Virus record (IMG/VR): IMGVR_UViG_2879736954_000011
Source of the DNA: a virus
Taxonomy: Duplodnaviria > Heunggongvirae > Uroviricota > Caudoviricetes
Strand: one strand, 5' to 3'
DNA length: 17,009 nt
The notes beneath the pieces were generated by a model. The model saw only the letters and a list, made by a program, of their open reading frames with translations, was not told the DNA's origin and ran no database searches. Position 1 is the first letter of the stretch; every line of letters starts with the position of its first letter. The position numbers and the translations under genes are program-made. Positions 1-8,463 of the stretch are shown one piece after another.

Positions 1-819
1 ATGTGTCAGGTATTTGGTGTATCCAGGAGCGGTTATTACAACTGGGTACAGCATGAACCCTCAGACAGAAAACAAAGTGATGAGCGGCTAAAACCGGAGA
101 TTAAGGTGGCACATATCCGCACTCGCGAAACATATGGAACCCGGCGGCTCCAGACGGAGCTGGCAGAGAATGGCATCATCGTTGGTCGTGACCGACTGGC
201 ACGTCTTCGTAAGGAGCTGAGGCTACGCTGTAAGCAGAAACGCAAGTTCAGAGCGACTACGAACCCGAACCACAATCTGCCAGTTGCGCCAAATCTGCTG
301 AACCAGACGTTCGCTCCTACAGCACCAAATCAGGTCTGGGTGGCGGACCTGACGTATGTTGCCACACAGGAGGGATGGTTGTACCTCGCTGGCATCAAAG
401 ATGTTTATACGTGCGAAATTGTCGGCTACGCCATGGGAGAGCGCATGACAAAAGAGCTGACAGGTAAAGCCCTGTTTATGGCGCTCAGGAGCCAGCGCCC
501 ACCTGCCGGGCTAATCCACCACTCTGATCGAGGTTCACAGTACTGCGCATACGATTACCGGGTCATACAGGAGCAGTCTGGTCTGAAAACATCAATGTCG
601 CGTAAAGGTAACTGTTACGACAACGCTCCGATGGAAAGCTTCTGGGGAACGCTGAAAAATGAGAGCCTGAGCCACTATCGTTTTAATAACCGGGATGAAG
701 CCATCTCAGTAATACGGGAATACATTGAGATTTTCTACAATCGTCAGCGTCGTCACTCTCGTCTGGGGAATATCTCCCCGGCAGCCTTCAGGGAAAAATA
801 TCATCAGATGGCTGCTTAA
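1..819 (+). CDS. IS3-family transposase OrfB (integrase/DDE catalytic domain), 5'-partial
   Basis: Translation contains the typical IS3 OrfB motifs (VSRSGYY HTH, LTYV...WLYLA...D, HSDRGSQY, CYDNA...ESFW, RRHS...SP); no credible upstream start, consistent with OrfAB frameshift fusion. Confidence 0.85.
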   Translation: MCQVFGVSRSGYYNWVQHEPSDRKQSDERLKPEIKVAHIRTRETYGTRRLQTELAENGIIVGRDRLARLRKELRLRCKQKRKFRATTNPNHNLPVAPNLLNQTFAPTAPNQVWVADLTYVATQEGWLYLAGIKDVYTCEIVGYAMGERMTKELTGKALFMALRSQRPPAGLIHHSDRGSQYCAYDYRVIQEQSGLKTSMSRKGNCYDNAPMESFWGTLKNESLSHYRFNNRDEAISVIREYIEIFYNRQRRHSRLGNISPAAFREKYHQMAA

Positions 820-831
820 AAAAGAACAAAT

Positions 832-861
832 GGTAGTGTCCGCTATTGCCAGTACACCTCA
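832..861 (+). repeat. IS right terminal inverted repeat (IRR)
   Basis: Sequence ...GGTAGTGTCCGCTATTGCCAGTACACCTCA ending in CA about 40 bp after the transposase stop; resembles IS3 end motif (CAGCAATAG.GGACAC) from memory. Confidence 0.5.
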
Positions 862-1569
862 ACTTGTGAAGGAAATGGTACTCAGGGGGATTCCAGTACA
901 GGTGGTGCGCAATTAGCTATAAATGGCCTTAACGGTTCGTGCGCTTTGGTATTAAACAACCCATACTTTGAGGCTAATGCCGGGGGGGCAGACCTTGCTA
1001 TAGATAATACTGGGACGCGCCCTGTAACTGTGGTTATAAACGGTGGAAATTTTCATCGCGTGAGCAGTGCAAGATACACGCACACGAATATTCAAGTAAC
1101 AAGCTCAGGTGGGGGAAAAGTTACAGTCATACTCAACGGCACAACGTTCCAGAGCGCAGGGGATTATCAGCCAAGTGCAGAACGACCATACTGGATAACA
1201 GGAGCTAATTGCGAGGTAGTTGACATTGGGTGTGTTTTTACAGAAACAACCAGTAAGGTAACATCGGCTTCTGCATTGTCAGTCACACGCTCGGGAAAAA
1301 TTAACGCCAATGGTAGTATCGACGTTGCTACTGGTGTTTCATCGGTTAACGTGGTTTCTACAGGTGTGTATGATGTTAGCTTTTCTCATCCGCTCGCAGC
1401 AGTTGCTAGCGGTTATATTGTGCAGATAACACCTATATCTGCGCCTGATTCAGTTAGTTGTGATGTTACTTATATTGGCGTAGATACATTTAGGGTGACC
1501 CTGCGCAATACGCTTAGCGGGGCAGGAATCTCCAGTTCGTTTGCATTTAGCATTACCAGACTAATATAA
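862..1569 (+). pseudogene. Tailspike / tail-fibre protein, C-terminal fragment; 5' part displaced by the IS
   Basis: Frame 1 is open from the IS end to the stop at 1569 with no plausible native start (the ORF-track start at 946 is TTG); Gly/Thr/Ser/Asn/Val-rich repetitive composition; located just upstream of O-antigen modification gene and attP as in P22/Sf6-type phages. Confidence 0.4.
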
Positions 1570-1577
1570 ATACATTC

Positions 1578-1609
1578 GCCGCCCCATTTGGACATATATG
1601 TAGGGCGGC
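1578..1609. terminator. Hairpin between convergent genes (possible bidirectional intrinsic terminator)
   Basis: GCCGCCC (1578-1584) ... GGGCGGC (1603-1609) 7-bp GC stem, followed by T-rich tract TTATGTTTATTGTTTATT; the 18-nt loop is long, so the call is weak. Confidence 0.4.
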
Positions 1610-1622
1610 TTATGTTTATTGT

Positions 1623-2795
1623 TTATTGATTGTTGTTTGTTAATGTGGGTATTAATTCTTTTACTAAAGTTGTGGTTTGTTTTGTTAATTTGATGAATGG
1701 CGTCTCTATTAATTTAAAAGTTAGGCATGATGTGAACGTAATAAGAAATGCAGTTGTGCTTACCAGTATGATAAATGTATTTTCAGTGTAATTATTAGGA
1801 ATAATCCACGTCATTAGGCAATAAAGGAATATCCCATGCAGAAGGTAAACGCTGTAGGTAGTTTCTCCTAGCTTTCTGGTTATATTTAATCTTAATATTC
1901 CATACAAATCACAACCTGATGCGATAATGATAAATGTTATTCCACAAAGAATCAGTGGTAGCGGTGCGTAAGTTGTTTTGAAATACGTCATTTCAAAAAC
2001 CATTATCGCAGTTATTATAATTGGTGTTACTTTTGCTTTGGCAATTCCATTGACTATCTTTGATTTATTTAGCAAAAATGCCAGGAGCCCAAAAAGAAAT
2101 GATGCTATGTGTATTTTACTGAAAAATAAAATGAAAACAAATAGCGATATTGCGCTAATCATAACCATGTAAATACTGACTTTTCTTTTTATGAGCGCGG
2201 AAATTACCGGAAGAGAAAAATAAAAGAACCATTCATATACAAGTGTCCATGTTACAGCGGCATTGATAGTAAATGAATCTTTTACGTCATTAATGTTCGG
2301 CATACCTAGCGCAGTGAATGGCAACCACTTCATTATTGACACAAAAAGCTCTTCTGTGGATACCTGCATTCTCCATCCAGACTTAAAACCTACAATGATA
2401 AAAATGAGACATAGGCTAACTATGAACATTGGGGTTAATCGTAGTAATCTTGATACATAAAGCCTTGTCCAGTCCTGATCTCCAGAGATAATCTTTGAAA
2501 AGAACAGATAACCAGTAATCATAAAAAAGAATGACACACCAACTTGGCCTAAATTTGCTAACAGATTTGATGAAGGTGCTTCCCATACTCCAGATGACAA
2601 GTATCCATTCCAAATTGCTGCGTGATGAATAAGCACGAAAATTGCTAAGAACCCCCGCATTCCATCTATTTGATTATTCCTGCCGTGCTCAACAAGATTT
2701 ATTGGGGAAATTTTATCAAATAACCCCACAGCTAATAACGACATCAATATCACGGATGTTATTAATAATAAACTGTTAATTTCAATCATATGCAT
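1623..2795 (-). CDS. Acyltransferase family 3 (AT3) integral membrane protein; O-antigen O-acetyltransferase-like (Oac-like) seroconversion gene
   Basis: 390 aa, multi-pass hydrophobic protein; N-terminal NQIDGMRGFLAIFVLIHH motif (conserved Arg and His-His of the AT3 domain); strongly AT-rich gene in the position occupied by gtr/oac genes between tailspike and attP. Confidence 0.75.
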   Translation of the reverse strand: MHMIEINSLLLITSVILMSLLAVGLFDKISPINLVEHGRNNQIDGMRGFLAIFVLIHHAAIWNGYLSSGVWEAPSSNLLANLGQVGVSFFFMITGYLFFSKIISGDQDWTRLYVSRLLRLTPMFIVSLCLIFIIVGFKSGWRMQVSTEELFVSIMKWLPFTALGMPNINDVKDSFTINAAVTWTLVYEWFFYFSLPVISALIKRKVSIYMVMISAISLFVFILFFSKIHIASFLFGLLAFLLNKSKIVNGIAKAKVTPIIITAIMVFEMTYFKTTYAPLPLILCGITFIIIASGCDLYGILRLNITRKLGETTYSVYLLHGIFLYCLMTWIIPNNYTENTFIILVSTTAFLITFTSCLTFKLIETPFIKLTKQTTTLVKELIPTLTNNNQ

Positions 2796-3083
2796 GCTCT
2801 ATTACGCAATTAAAATTTCTCCAAGTATACTGACTTTTAGTTAATGATCATATAGTTATGTGTAACTGATGAAACAAAACGGAGACACACCAAGCTTTGC
2901 ACTGGATTGCAAGGCTTTGTGCTCTTCTGTGAATGTGTGGCTATATGTTTGAAGATCGTTGTGCCGTATTTGTGACATATATATGGCAACATCATGCATC
3001 AACTTTCTGTTTGTGTCATCAACTATAGCTTAGTGAATGCGGTTAATGCTTGCTAAAACAGATAGTTATGATTGGTGCTACAG

Positions 3084-3129
3084 ATTCGTAATGCGAAGGT
3101 CGTAGGTTCGACTCCTATTATCGGCACCA
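3084..3129 (+). other. attP core: 46-bp identity to the 3' end of tRNA-Thr (thrW) including CCA; not a complete tRNA gene
   Basis: ATTCGTAATGCGAAGGTCGTAGGTTCGACTCCTATTATCGGCACCA matches the anticodon-loop-to-CCA part of E. coli/Salmonella thrW from memory; upstream sequence does not continue as tRNA; int stop codon lies 15 bp away. Confidence 0.8.
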
Positions 3130-3143
3130 TTAAAATCAATAAG

Positions 3144-4307
3144 TTACACATCATTAGTACCTTCCTTATTTTTTGACTGGGACAAATTTGGGACCGATGG
3201 GTTCAGGATCGAGTCTATTTGCCGTGCGTGTTCGGTAAGGTGATTAGGTGCAAGGTGAGCATATCGACGAACCATTTCGATAGACTCCCAGCCTCCCATT
3301 TCCTGTAACACTGACAATGGGACTCCGGCTTGAACCAGCCAACTTGCCCAGGTGTGTCTCAAGTCGTGAAATCTGAAATCATCAATACCAGCCCGTCTCA
3401 GCGCCGCTTTCCAGGCTGTGTTTGCGTCATACCGCATCTTCCTTACTGTTGGCGCTTTCGTTCCGTCTGGTTTGGTACAGCTTTCCTTGTATACAAATAC
3501 CCAACGGTGATGATTCCCGATTTGTTTTTTCAATACGCGACATGCAGTATCATTCAGCGCAACGCCAATTGCGCGGTTTGATTTACTCTCTTCCGGGTTT
3601 ATCCATGCCACCCGGCGCTGCATGTCTATTTGTTGCCATTCAAGGTTGATGATGTTCGAGCGTCTTAAGCCTGTTGCCAGTGCAAATTCAACAACAGACT
3701 TTAATGGCTCCGGACATTCATCAATCAGCCTTTGTGCTTCATGAGGCTCCAGCCAGCGGATACGTTTATTCTTCGGTTGAGGCACTTTAATAATTGGTGC
3801 CTTATCCAGCATTTTCCATTCACGCTCTGCGGCTCTTAGCAGGGCCTTTATAAATGAAAGATGCGTAGCCTTCGTTGCAACGGACGCTGGTTTTGGCGTG
3901 TATTCTGGAACAGGTTTCCCTTTTTTTCTGCATGCTTCTGCCCTGAGTTTCCAGTTTTCCTCATGACGCCGGTTCGTCATTTTCTGCATTGCTGAATAAA
4001 TTTTTGATTCAGTAATGTCTTTTAGTTGCATTCCTGCGAAATGTTGAAGCCAGAATCCGATCCGGCTTTTGTCATCGTCCAGTGATTTTTTATGTGCTTT
4101 CTCTTCGAGCCACCTGACACACGCTTCCTCAAACGTCATATCAGGTATTTCACCAAGTTTGCTGACCCGCCATGCTTCAGCCTTTAGCTTGTCATGGAGC
4201 TCTGTCGCCTGCCTTTTGTCCTTTGTTCCAAGAGACTGTTTAAATCTTTTACCGTTCGGCAATGTGAAACTGGCGTACCATATTTCACTTCTGCGGAAGA
4301 GTGACAT
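3144..4307 (-). CDS. int: Tyrosine integrase, P22-type (thrW-specific)
   Basis: 387 aa; N-terminus [44 protein letters not shown] and C-terminal [17 protein letters not shown]...RYAHLAP catalytic region match P22 Int as I recall it; GAGG RBS. Confidence 0.9.
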   Translation of the reverse strand: MSLFRRSEIWYASFTLPNGKRFKQSLGTKDKRQATELHDKLKAEAWRVSKLGEIPDMTFEEACVRWLEEKAHKKSLDDDKSRIGFWLQHFAGMQLKDITESKIYSAMQKMTNRRHEENWKLRAEACRKKGKPVPEYTPKPASVATKATHLSFIKALLRAAEREWKMLDKAPIIKVPQPKNKRIRWLEPHEAQRLIDECPEPLKSVVEFALATGLRRSNIINLEWQQIDMQRRVAWINPEESKSNRAIGVALNDTACRVLKKQIGNHHRWVFVYKESCTKPDGTKAPTVRKMRYDANTAWKAALRRAGIDDFRFHDLRHTWASWLVQAGVPLSVLQEMGGWESIEMVRRYAHLAPNHLTEHARQIDSILNPSVPNLSQSKNKEGTNDV

Positions 4308-4534
4308 TTTCTTTCCTCTGTTATGCCATCACCCGCGCTCACCTTGATAGTATGCAGCGGAGACTGAAGCGCCGCAATGCAGGCTTGTCGCGTTGTGAGG
4401 TAAGGAGATTTTGGTTTAGTGGGGTCTTTGCGTGTTGCCTGTAGGCGGCCTGTTCGTATCCAGTTGGTGGCGGTTGGTCTGGATATCTTAAGAAACTGAC
4501 AGGCCTCATCGAGTGTGAGGCTGTATGATTCCAT
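4184..4534 (-). CDS. xis: Excisionase, P22-type
   Basis: 116 aa from [31 protein letters not shown] (winged-helix Xis motif); overlaps the 5' end of int as in lambda/P22; the ORF-track start 30 nt upstream is probably not used. Confidence 0.8.
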   Translation of the reverse strand: MESYSLTLDEACQFLKISRPTATNWIRTGRLQATRKDPTKPKSPYLTTRQACIAALQSPLHTIKVSAGDGITEERKCHSSAEVKYGTPVSHCRTVKDLNSLLEQRTKGRRQSSMTS

Positions 4535-4784
4535 GGTTACCTCTGCTTTTTGAACGCATGTCACGTAACTTCTTAATGTGTTCTGCCGTTTCGATCTCTT
4601 CTGCTATCCGATCTGCATCAGCTTTATTCACAGGTTCAAAGTCATGATTAAAGCGGAACATGCTGGCGATACATGTTCTGCCTTTTCGGATGTAGTGAAC
4701 TTTGTTGTGGGTAGAACGCAGGATTTTGCAGGGAGTGCCGTGGTGGTCGACGTACCAGGTGTTAGGCAAAATGATTCTGAACAT
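4506..4784 (-). CDS. Small hypothetical protein (DUF4222-like pattern)
   Basis: 92 aa, GAGGTG RBS before ATG at 4784; pattern ...HG...V..V..N.VHY.R.G...C...F...F.PV resembles small prophage proteins of unknown function. Confidence 0.5.
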   Translation of the reverse strand: MFRIILPNTWYVDHHGTPCKILRSTHNKVHYIRKGRTCIASMFRFNHDFEPVNKADADRIAEEIETAEHIKKLRDMRSKSRGNHGIIQPHTR

Positions 4785-4831
4785 TTTTACACCTCAGTTG
4801 GACGATGTTGAAATTTGCTGCCTTGAGGCCA

Positions 4832-5050
4832 TCACAGTCCCCATTGTTTGTTCTTAAGTTCGATCTCCTCCTGGCAACTTGCACAAGTCCGACAACCCTG
4901 AACAGCCAGGCGTCTTCGCTCATCTATCGGATCGCCACACTCACAACAATGAGTTGCGGATACAGTCTGGTAGTTCAGACGACGCATTTTTATTGCTGTA
5001 TTGCGCTGTAATTCTTCGATTTCTGATGCTGAATCAATGATGTCTGCCAT
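4832..5050 (-). CDS. TraR/DksA-family C4 zinc-finger protein
   Basis: 72 aa with CxxC-(17)-CxxC (CCECGDPIDERRRLAVQGCRTCASCQ), the phage TraR-like zinc finger. Confidence 0.7.
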   Translation of the reverse strand: MADIIDSASEIEELQRNTAIKMRRLNYQTVSATHCCECGDPIDERRRLAVQGCRTCASCQEEIELKNKQWGL

Positions 5051-5103
5051 CTTTCATTAATCCCTGAATTGTTGGTTAATACGCTTGAGGGTGAATGCGA
5101 ATA

Positions 5104-5126
5104 ATAAAAAAGGAGCCTGTAGCTCC
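5104..5126 (-). terminator. Possible intrinsic terminator on the minus strand
   Basis: Minus-strand GGAGC-TACAG-GCTCC hairpin followed by TTTTTT, immediately downstream of the 71-aa gene; short 5-bp stem. Confidence 0.35.
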
Positions 5127-5148
5127 CTGATGATTTTGCTTTTCATGT

Positions 5149-5364
5149 TCACCGTTCCTTAAAGACGCCGTTTAACATACCGATTGCCAGACTTAAGTGA
5201 GTCGGTGTGAATCCCATCAGCGTTACCGTTTCGCGGTGCTTCTTTAGTACGCTACGGCAAATGTCATTGACGTTTTTATCCGGAAACTGCTGTCTGGCTT
5301 TTTTGATTTCATAATTAGCCTGACGGGCAATGCTGCGAAGGGCGTTATTATGTTCTATTGTCAT
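5149..5364 (-). CDS. Hypothetical protein, 71 aa
   Basis: Internal ATG at 5364 with GTGAGG RBS, 8 bp after the stop of the upstream 250-aa gene; the longer ORF-track version would overlap that gene by 131 bp. Confidence 0.5.
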   Translation of the reverse strand: MTIEHNNALRSIARQANYEIKKARQQFPDKNVNDICRSVLKKHRETVTLMGFTPTHLSLAIGMLNGVFKER

Positions 5365-5371
5365 ATTGGCC

Positions 5372-6124
5372 TCACACTTCGAATGCCAGTTGAGGGGTAA
5401 AGACGTCCCGTTCAGCGTTGTAATTAAGTGAACTGGCACTGTTGAATGATTCAATGCGTTCCACAAGAACTTGCGTACGGGTTTCTTTACTTGCGGGAGC
5501 ATATGGCGAACCTACCCAGGATTTGTCGATGCCTATATTTCTTGCGACGTTCGTGCTGTCTGCAGACGAAAGCGGTACATGAGTAAAAATGTCTTTATTT
5601 AACATCCGTAACCCATGAATCTTGGTGATTGGGTAGCCGTACTGATCTACAACATGACGTATAAGATCGCGTAGTTTAGCCCGACACGCTCTCGGTCGTT
5701 TTGCATCGTATTCCCCCATCGAGCCGATGCAGACGCGGGGAAACTCATGGCACAGACGAATAAATCGCTCATCTGGTTCGTTCATGTGCCACACCGGAGC
5801 ACCAATAAATTTACCGTGAGGCCATGCCGCAATCAGGGCGTCATTCTCTTCACTGGTTCCGCCGATAACATCCGGGATAACCGCGAATGAGAAACGAGGG
5901 TGATTGCCCCAGCGTTCAACAAATCTGTAATATTCATTCCAGTCTACGGCCTTGTTTTTTGTCCAGAATGTGAATGCACCATTATCAAGAGCAAATGATT
6001 GGGTGACTTCGGAAGCCAGATCAATCTGAGCTGGATTAGCAAAACTGATGAATGCGTGTCTGCCTTTCCAGGCTTTCAACGCACAGGTATCGGGAGTTAT
6101 TGGACCACCGTGAAAATGAATCAT
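5372..6124 (-). CDS. Hypothetical protein with tRNA-guanine transglycosylase (TGT)-like motifs; candidate DpdA-like 7-deazaguanine DNA transglycosylase
   Basis: 250 aa; GGGAGAG RBS; collinear motifs resembling bacterial TGT: FISFAN (cf ILGNTF), LDNGAF (cf TDSGGF, catalytic Asp), FAVIPDV (cf IVMIFDE), CIGSMGE (cf AVGGLAVGE), IHGL (cf LMGVG), NVARN (cf RNARN); no C-terminal Zn subdomain. By-eye comparison only. Confidence 0.4.
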   Translation of the reverse strand: MIHFHGGPITPDTCALKAWKGRHAFISFANPAQIDLASEVTQSFALDNGAFTFWTKNKAVDWNEYYRFVERWGNHPRFSFAVIPDVIGGTSEENDALIAAWPHGKFIGAPVWHMNEPDERFIRLCHEFPRVCIGSMGEYDAKRPRACRAKLRDLIRHVVDQYGYPITKIHGLRMLNKDIFTHVPLSSADSTNVARNIGIDKSWVGSPYAPASKETRTQVLVERIESFNSASSLNYNAERDVFTPQLAFEV

Positions 6125-6279
6125 ACACTCTCCCGTTTATTATTTATCTCCTCAGCCAGCCGCTGGGCTTTCAGCGGATTTCGGATAACAGAAAGGCCGG
6201 GAAATACCCAGCCTCGCTTTGTAACGGAGTAGACGAAAGTGATCGCGCCTACCCGGATATTATCGTGAGGATGCTTCAT
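6121..6279 (-). CDS. Small protein resembling lambda orf60a (52 aa here)
   Basis: [52 protein letters not shown]; ATGA overlaps with exo stop upstream and with the 250-aa gene start downstream (translational coupling). Confidence 0.5.
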   Translation of the reverse strand: MKHPHDNIRVGAITFVYSVTKRGWVFPGLSVIRNPLKAQRLAEEINNKRESV

Positions 6280-6956
6280 CGCCATTGCTCCCCAAATACA
6301 AAACCAATTTCAGCCAGTGCCTCGTCCATTTTTTCGATGAACTCCGGCACCATCTCGTCAAAACTCGCCATGTAATTTTCATCCCGCTCAACCACGACAT
6401 AATGCAGGCCTTCACGCTTCATTCGTGGGTCATAGTTGGCAAAGTACCAGGCATCTTTTCGCGTTACCCACATGCTGTACTGCACCTGGGCCATGTAAGC
6501 CGACTTTATGGCCTCGAAACCACCGAGCCGGAATTTCATGAAATCCCGGGAGGTAAACGGGCATTTCAGTTCAAGGCCGTTGCCGTCACTGCATAAACCA
6601 TCGGGAGAGCAGGCGGTGCGCATATTTTCGTCGCGATAGATGATCGGGGATTCAGTAACATTCACGCCGGAAGTGAATTCAAACAGGGTTCTGGCGTCGT
6701 TCTCGTACTGTTTTCCCCAGGCCAGCGCCTTAGCATTAACTTCCGGAGCCACACCGGTGCAAACCTCAGCCAGCAGGGTGTGGAAGTAGGACATTTTCAT
6801 GTCAGGCCACTTCTTTCCTGAGCGGGGCTTTGCTATCACGTTGTGAACTTCTGAAGCGGTGATGACGCCGAGCCGTAATTTGTGCCATGCATCATCCCCC
6901 TGTTCGACAGCTCTCACGTCGATCCCGGTACGCTGCAGGATAATGTCCGGTGTCAT
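6276..6956 (-). CDS. exo: Lambda exonuclease (Red alpha)
   Basis: 226 aa, [43 protein letters not shown]... matches lambda Exo from memory. Confidence 0.95.
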   Translation of the reverse strand: MTPDIILQRTGIDVRAVEQGDDAWHKLRLGVITASEVHNVIAKPRSGKKWPDMKMSYFHTLLAEVCTGVAPEVNAKALAWGKQYENDARTLFEFTSGVNVTESPIIYRDENMRTACSPDGLCSDGNGLELKCPFTSRDFMKFRLGGFEAIKSAYMAQVQYSMWVTRKDAWYFANYDPRMKREGLHYVVVERDENYMASFDEMVPEFIEKMDEALAEIGFVFGEQWR

Positions 6957-7738
6957 GCTGCCACCTTCTGCTCAGTGGCTTTCTGTTTCAGGAATCCAAG
7001 AGCTTTCACTGCTTCGGCCTGTGTCAGTTCTGACGATGCGCGAATGTCGCGGCGAAATATCTGGGAACAGAGCGGCAATAAGTCGTCATCCCATGTTTTA
7101 TCCAGGGCGATCAGCAGAGTGTTAATCTCCTGCATGGTTTCATCGTTAACCGGAGTGATGTCGCGTTCCGGCTGACGTTCTGCAGTGTATGCAGTATTTT
7201 CGACAATGCGCTCGGCTTCATCCTTGTCATAGATACCAGCAAATCCGAAGGCCAGACGGGCACACTGAATCATGGCTTTATGCCGTAACATCCGTTTGGG
7301 ATGCGACTGCCACGGTCCGGTGATTTCTCTGCCTTCGCGGGTTTTGAATGGTTCGCGGCGGCATTCATCCATCCACTCGGTAACGCAGATCGGATGATTA
7401 CGGTCCTTGCGGTAAATCCGGCATGTGCAGGATTCATTGTCCTGCTCAAAGTCCATGCCATCAAACTGCTGGTTTTCATTGATGATACGGGACCAGCCAT
7501 CAACGCCCACCACCGGAACGATGCCGTTCTGCTTGTCAGGGAAGGCGTAAATTTCTTTCGTCCACGGATTAAGGCCGTACTGGTTGGCGACGATCAACAA
7601 TGCGATGAACTGCGCATCGCTGGCATCACCTTTAAATGCCGTCTGGCGAAGAGTGGTGATCAGTTCCTGTGGGTCGACAGAATCCATGCCGACACGTTCA
7701 GCCAGCTTCCCAGCCAGCGTTGCGAGTGCTGTACTCAT
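6953..7738 (-). CDS. bet: Lambda Bet (Red beta) single-strand annealing protein
   Basis: 261 aa, [48 protein letters not shown]... matches lambda Bet; 4-bp overlap with exo. Confidence 0.95.
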   Translation of the reverse strand: MSTALATLAGKLAERVGMDSVDPQELITTLRQTAFKGDASDAQFIALLIVANQYGLNPWTKEIYAFPDKQNGIVPVVGVDGWSRIINENQQFDGMDFEQDNESCTCRIYRKDRNHPICVTEWMDECRREPFKTREGREITGPWQSHPKRMLRHKAMIQCARLAFGFAGIYDKDEAERIVENTAYTAERQPERDITPVNDETMQEINTLLIALDKTWDDDLLPLCSQIFRRDIRASSELTQAEAVKALGFLKQKATEQKVAA

Positions 7739-7743
7739 CCGTT

Positions 7744-8160
7744 TTATACCTCTGAATCAATATCAACCTGGTGGTGAGCAATGGTTTCAACCATGTACCG
7801 GATGTGTTCTGCCATGCGCTCCTGAAACTCAACATCGTCATCAAACGCACGGGTAATGGCTTTTTTGATGGCCCCGTGGCGTTGCAAATGATCGAAGCAT
7901 AGCGATTCAAACAGGTGCTGGGGCAGGCCTTTTTCCATGTCGTCTGCCAGTTCTGCCTCTTTCTCTTCACGGGCGATCTGCTGGTAGTGACGCGCCCAGC
8001 TCTGAGCCTCAAGACGATCCTGAATGTAATAAGCGTTCATGGCTGAACTCCTGAAATAGCTGTGAAAATATCGCCCGCGAAATGCCGGGCTGATTAGGAA
8101 AACAGGAAAGGGGGTTAGTGAATGCTTTTGCTTGATCTCAGTTTCAGTATTAATATCCAT
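7744..8160 (-). CDS. gam: Lambda Gam (RecBCD inhibitor), long form
   Basis: 138 aa, [61 protein letters not shown]... matches lambda Gam. Confidence 0.95.
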   Translation of the reverse strand: MDINTETEIKQKHSLTPFPVFLISPAFRGRYFHSYFRSSAMNAYYIQDRLEAQSWARHYQQIAREEKEAELADDMEKGLPQHLFESLCFDHLQRHGAIKKAITRAFDDDVEFQERMAEHIRYMVETIAHHQVDIDSEV

Positions 8161-8258
8161 TTTTTATAAGCGTCGACGGCCTCACGAAACATCTTTTCAT
8201 CGCCAATAAAAGTGGCGATAGTGAATTTAGTCTGGATAGCCATAAGTGTTTGATCCAT
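8115..8258 (-). CDS. kil: Kil (host killing / FtsZ inhibitor)
   Basis: 47 aa [47 protein letters not shown]; overlaps gam start by 46 bp as in lambda. Confidence 0.85.
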   Translation of the reverse strand: MDQTLMAIQTKFTIATFIGDEKMFREAVDAYKKWILILKLRSSKSIH

Positions 8259-8391
8259 TTTTTGGGACTCCTGGCTGATTAAGTATGTCGATAAGGCGTT
8301 TCCATCCGTCACGTAATTTACGGGTGATTCGTTCAAGTAAAGATTCGGAAGGGCAGCCAGCAACAGGCCACCCTGCAATGGCATATTGCAT
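8227..8391 (-). CDS. cIII: CIII (FtsH inhibitor, stabilises CII)
   Basis: Manual translation from ATG at 8391: MQYAIAGWPVAGCPSESLLERITRKLRDGWKRLIDIL..., 54 aa; AAGGAG RBS; below the ORF-track length cutoff. Confidence 0.85.
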   Translation of the reverse strand: MQYAIAGWPVAGCPSESLLERITRKLRDGWKRLIDILNQPGVPKNGSNTYGYPD

Positions 8392-8413
8392 GGTGTGCTC
8401 CTTATTTATACAT

Positions 8414-8440
8414 AACGAAAAACGCCTCGAGTGAAGCGTT
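8414..8440 (-). terminator. Terminator-like hairpin plus U-tract upstream of cIII (early-left operon)
   Basis: Minus strand AACGCTTCACTCGAGGCGTTTTTCG: stem then T5, just 5' of the cIII RBS. Confidence 0.4.
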
Positions 8441-8463
8441 ATTGGTATGCGGTAACGCCGCGC

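Larger units (their letters stand above)
1..861 (+). mobile_element. IS3-family insertion sequence, right-hand portion (window begins inside the element)
   Basis: OrfB-type DDE transposase ORF 1..819, followed by a terminal inverted repeat ending ...CCTCA at 861; its reverse complement TGAGGTGTACTGGCAATAGCGGACAC has the TG...GGACAC pattern I associate with IS3-group ends. Confidence 0.75.

Noticed and set aside
36-275. Antisense 79-aa ORF inside the transposase gene
   Set aside because: Lies entirely within and opposite to a well-supported transposase ORF; Arg/Ser-rich low-complexity translation typical of a spurious reverse-frame ORF
946-1569. ORF-track start (TTG at 946) for the tail-fibre ORF
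   Set aside because: The frame is open upstream to the IS boundary at 862 and there is no RBS; more likely a C-terminal fragment of a gene whose 5' end was displaced by the IS than an independent 207-aa gene
3054-3129. Possible complete tRNA-Thr gene
   Set aside because: Only the 3' 46 nt match thrW; the upstream 30 nt do not form the acceptor/D-arm, so this is an attachment-site core, not a functional tRNA
3330-3649. Plus-strand ORFs (83 and 75 aa) inside the integrase gene
   Set aside because: Antisense to the clearly conserved integrase; no RBS or family resemblance
7270-8012. Multiple overlapping ORFs on both strands within bet/gam (e.g. 7301..7777 +, 7698..8012 -)
   Set aside because: Overlap conserved bet and gam coding sequence in other frames; treated as frame-shadow ORFs
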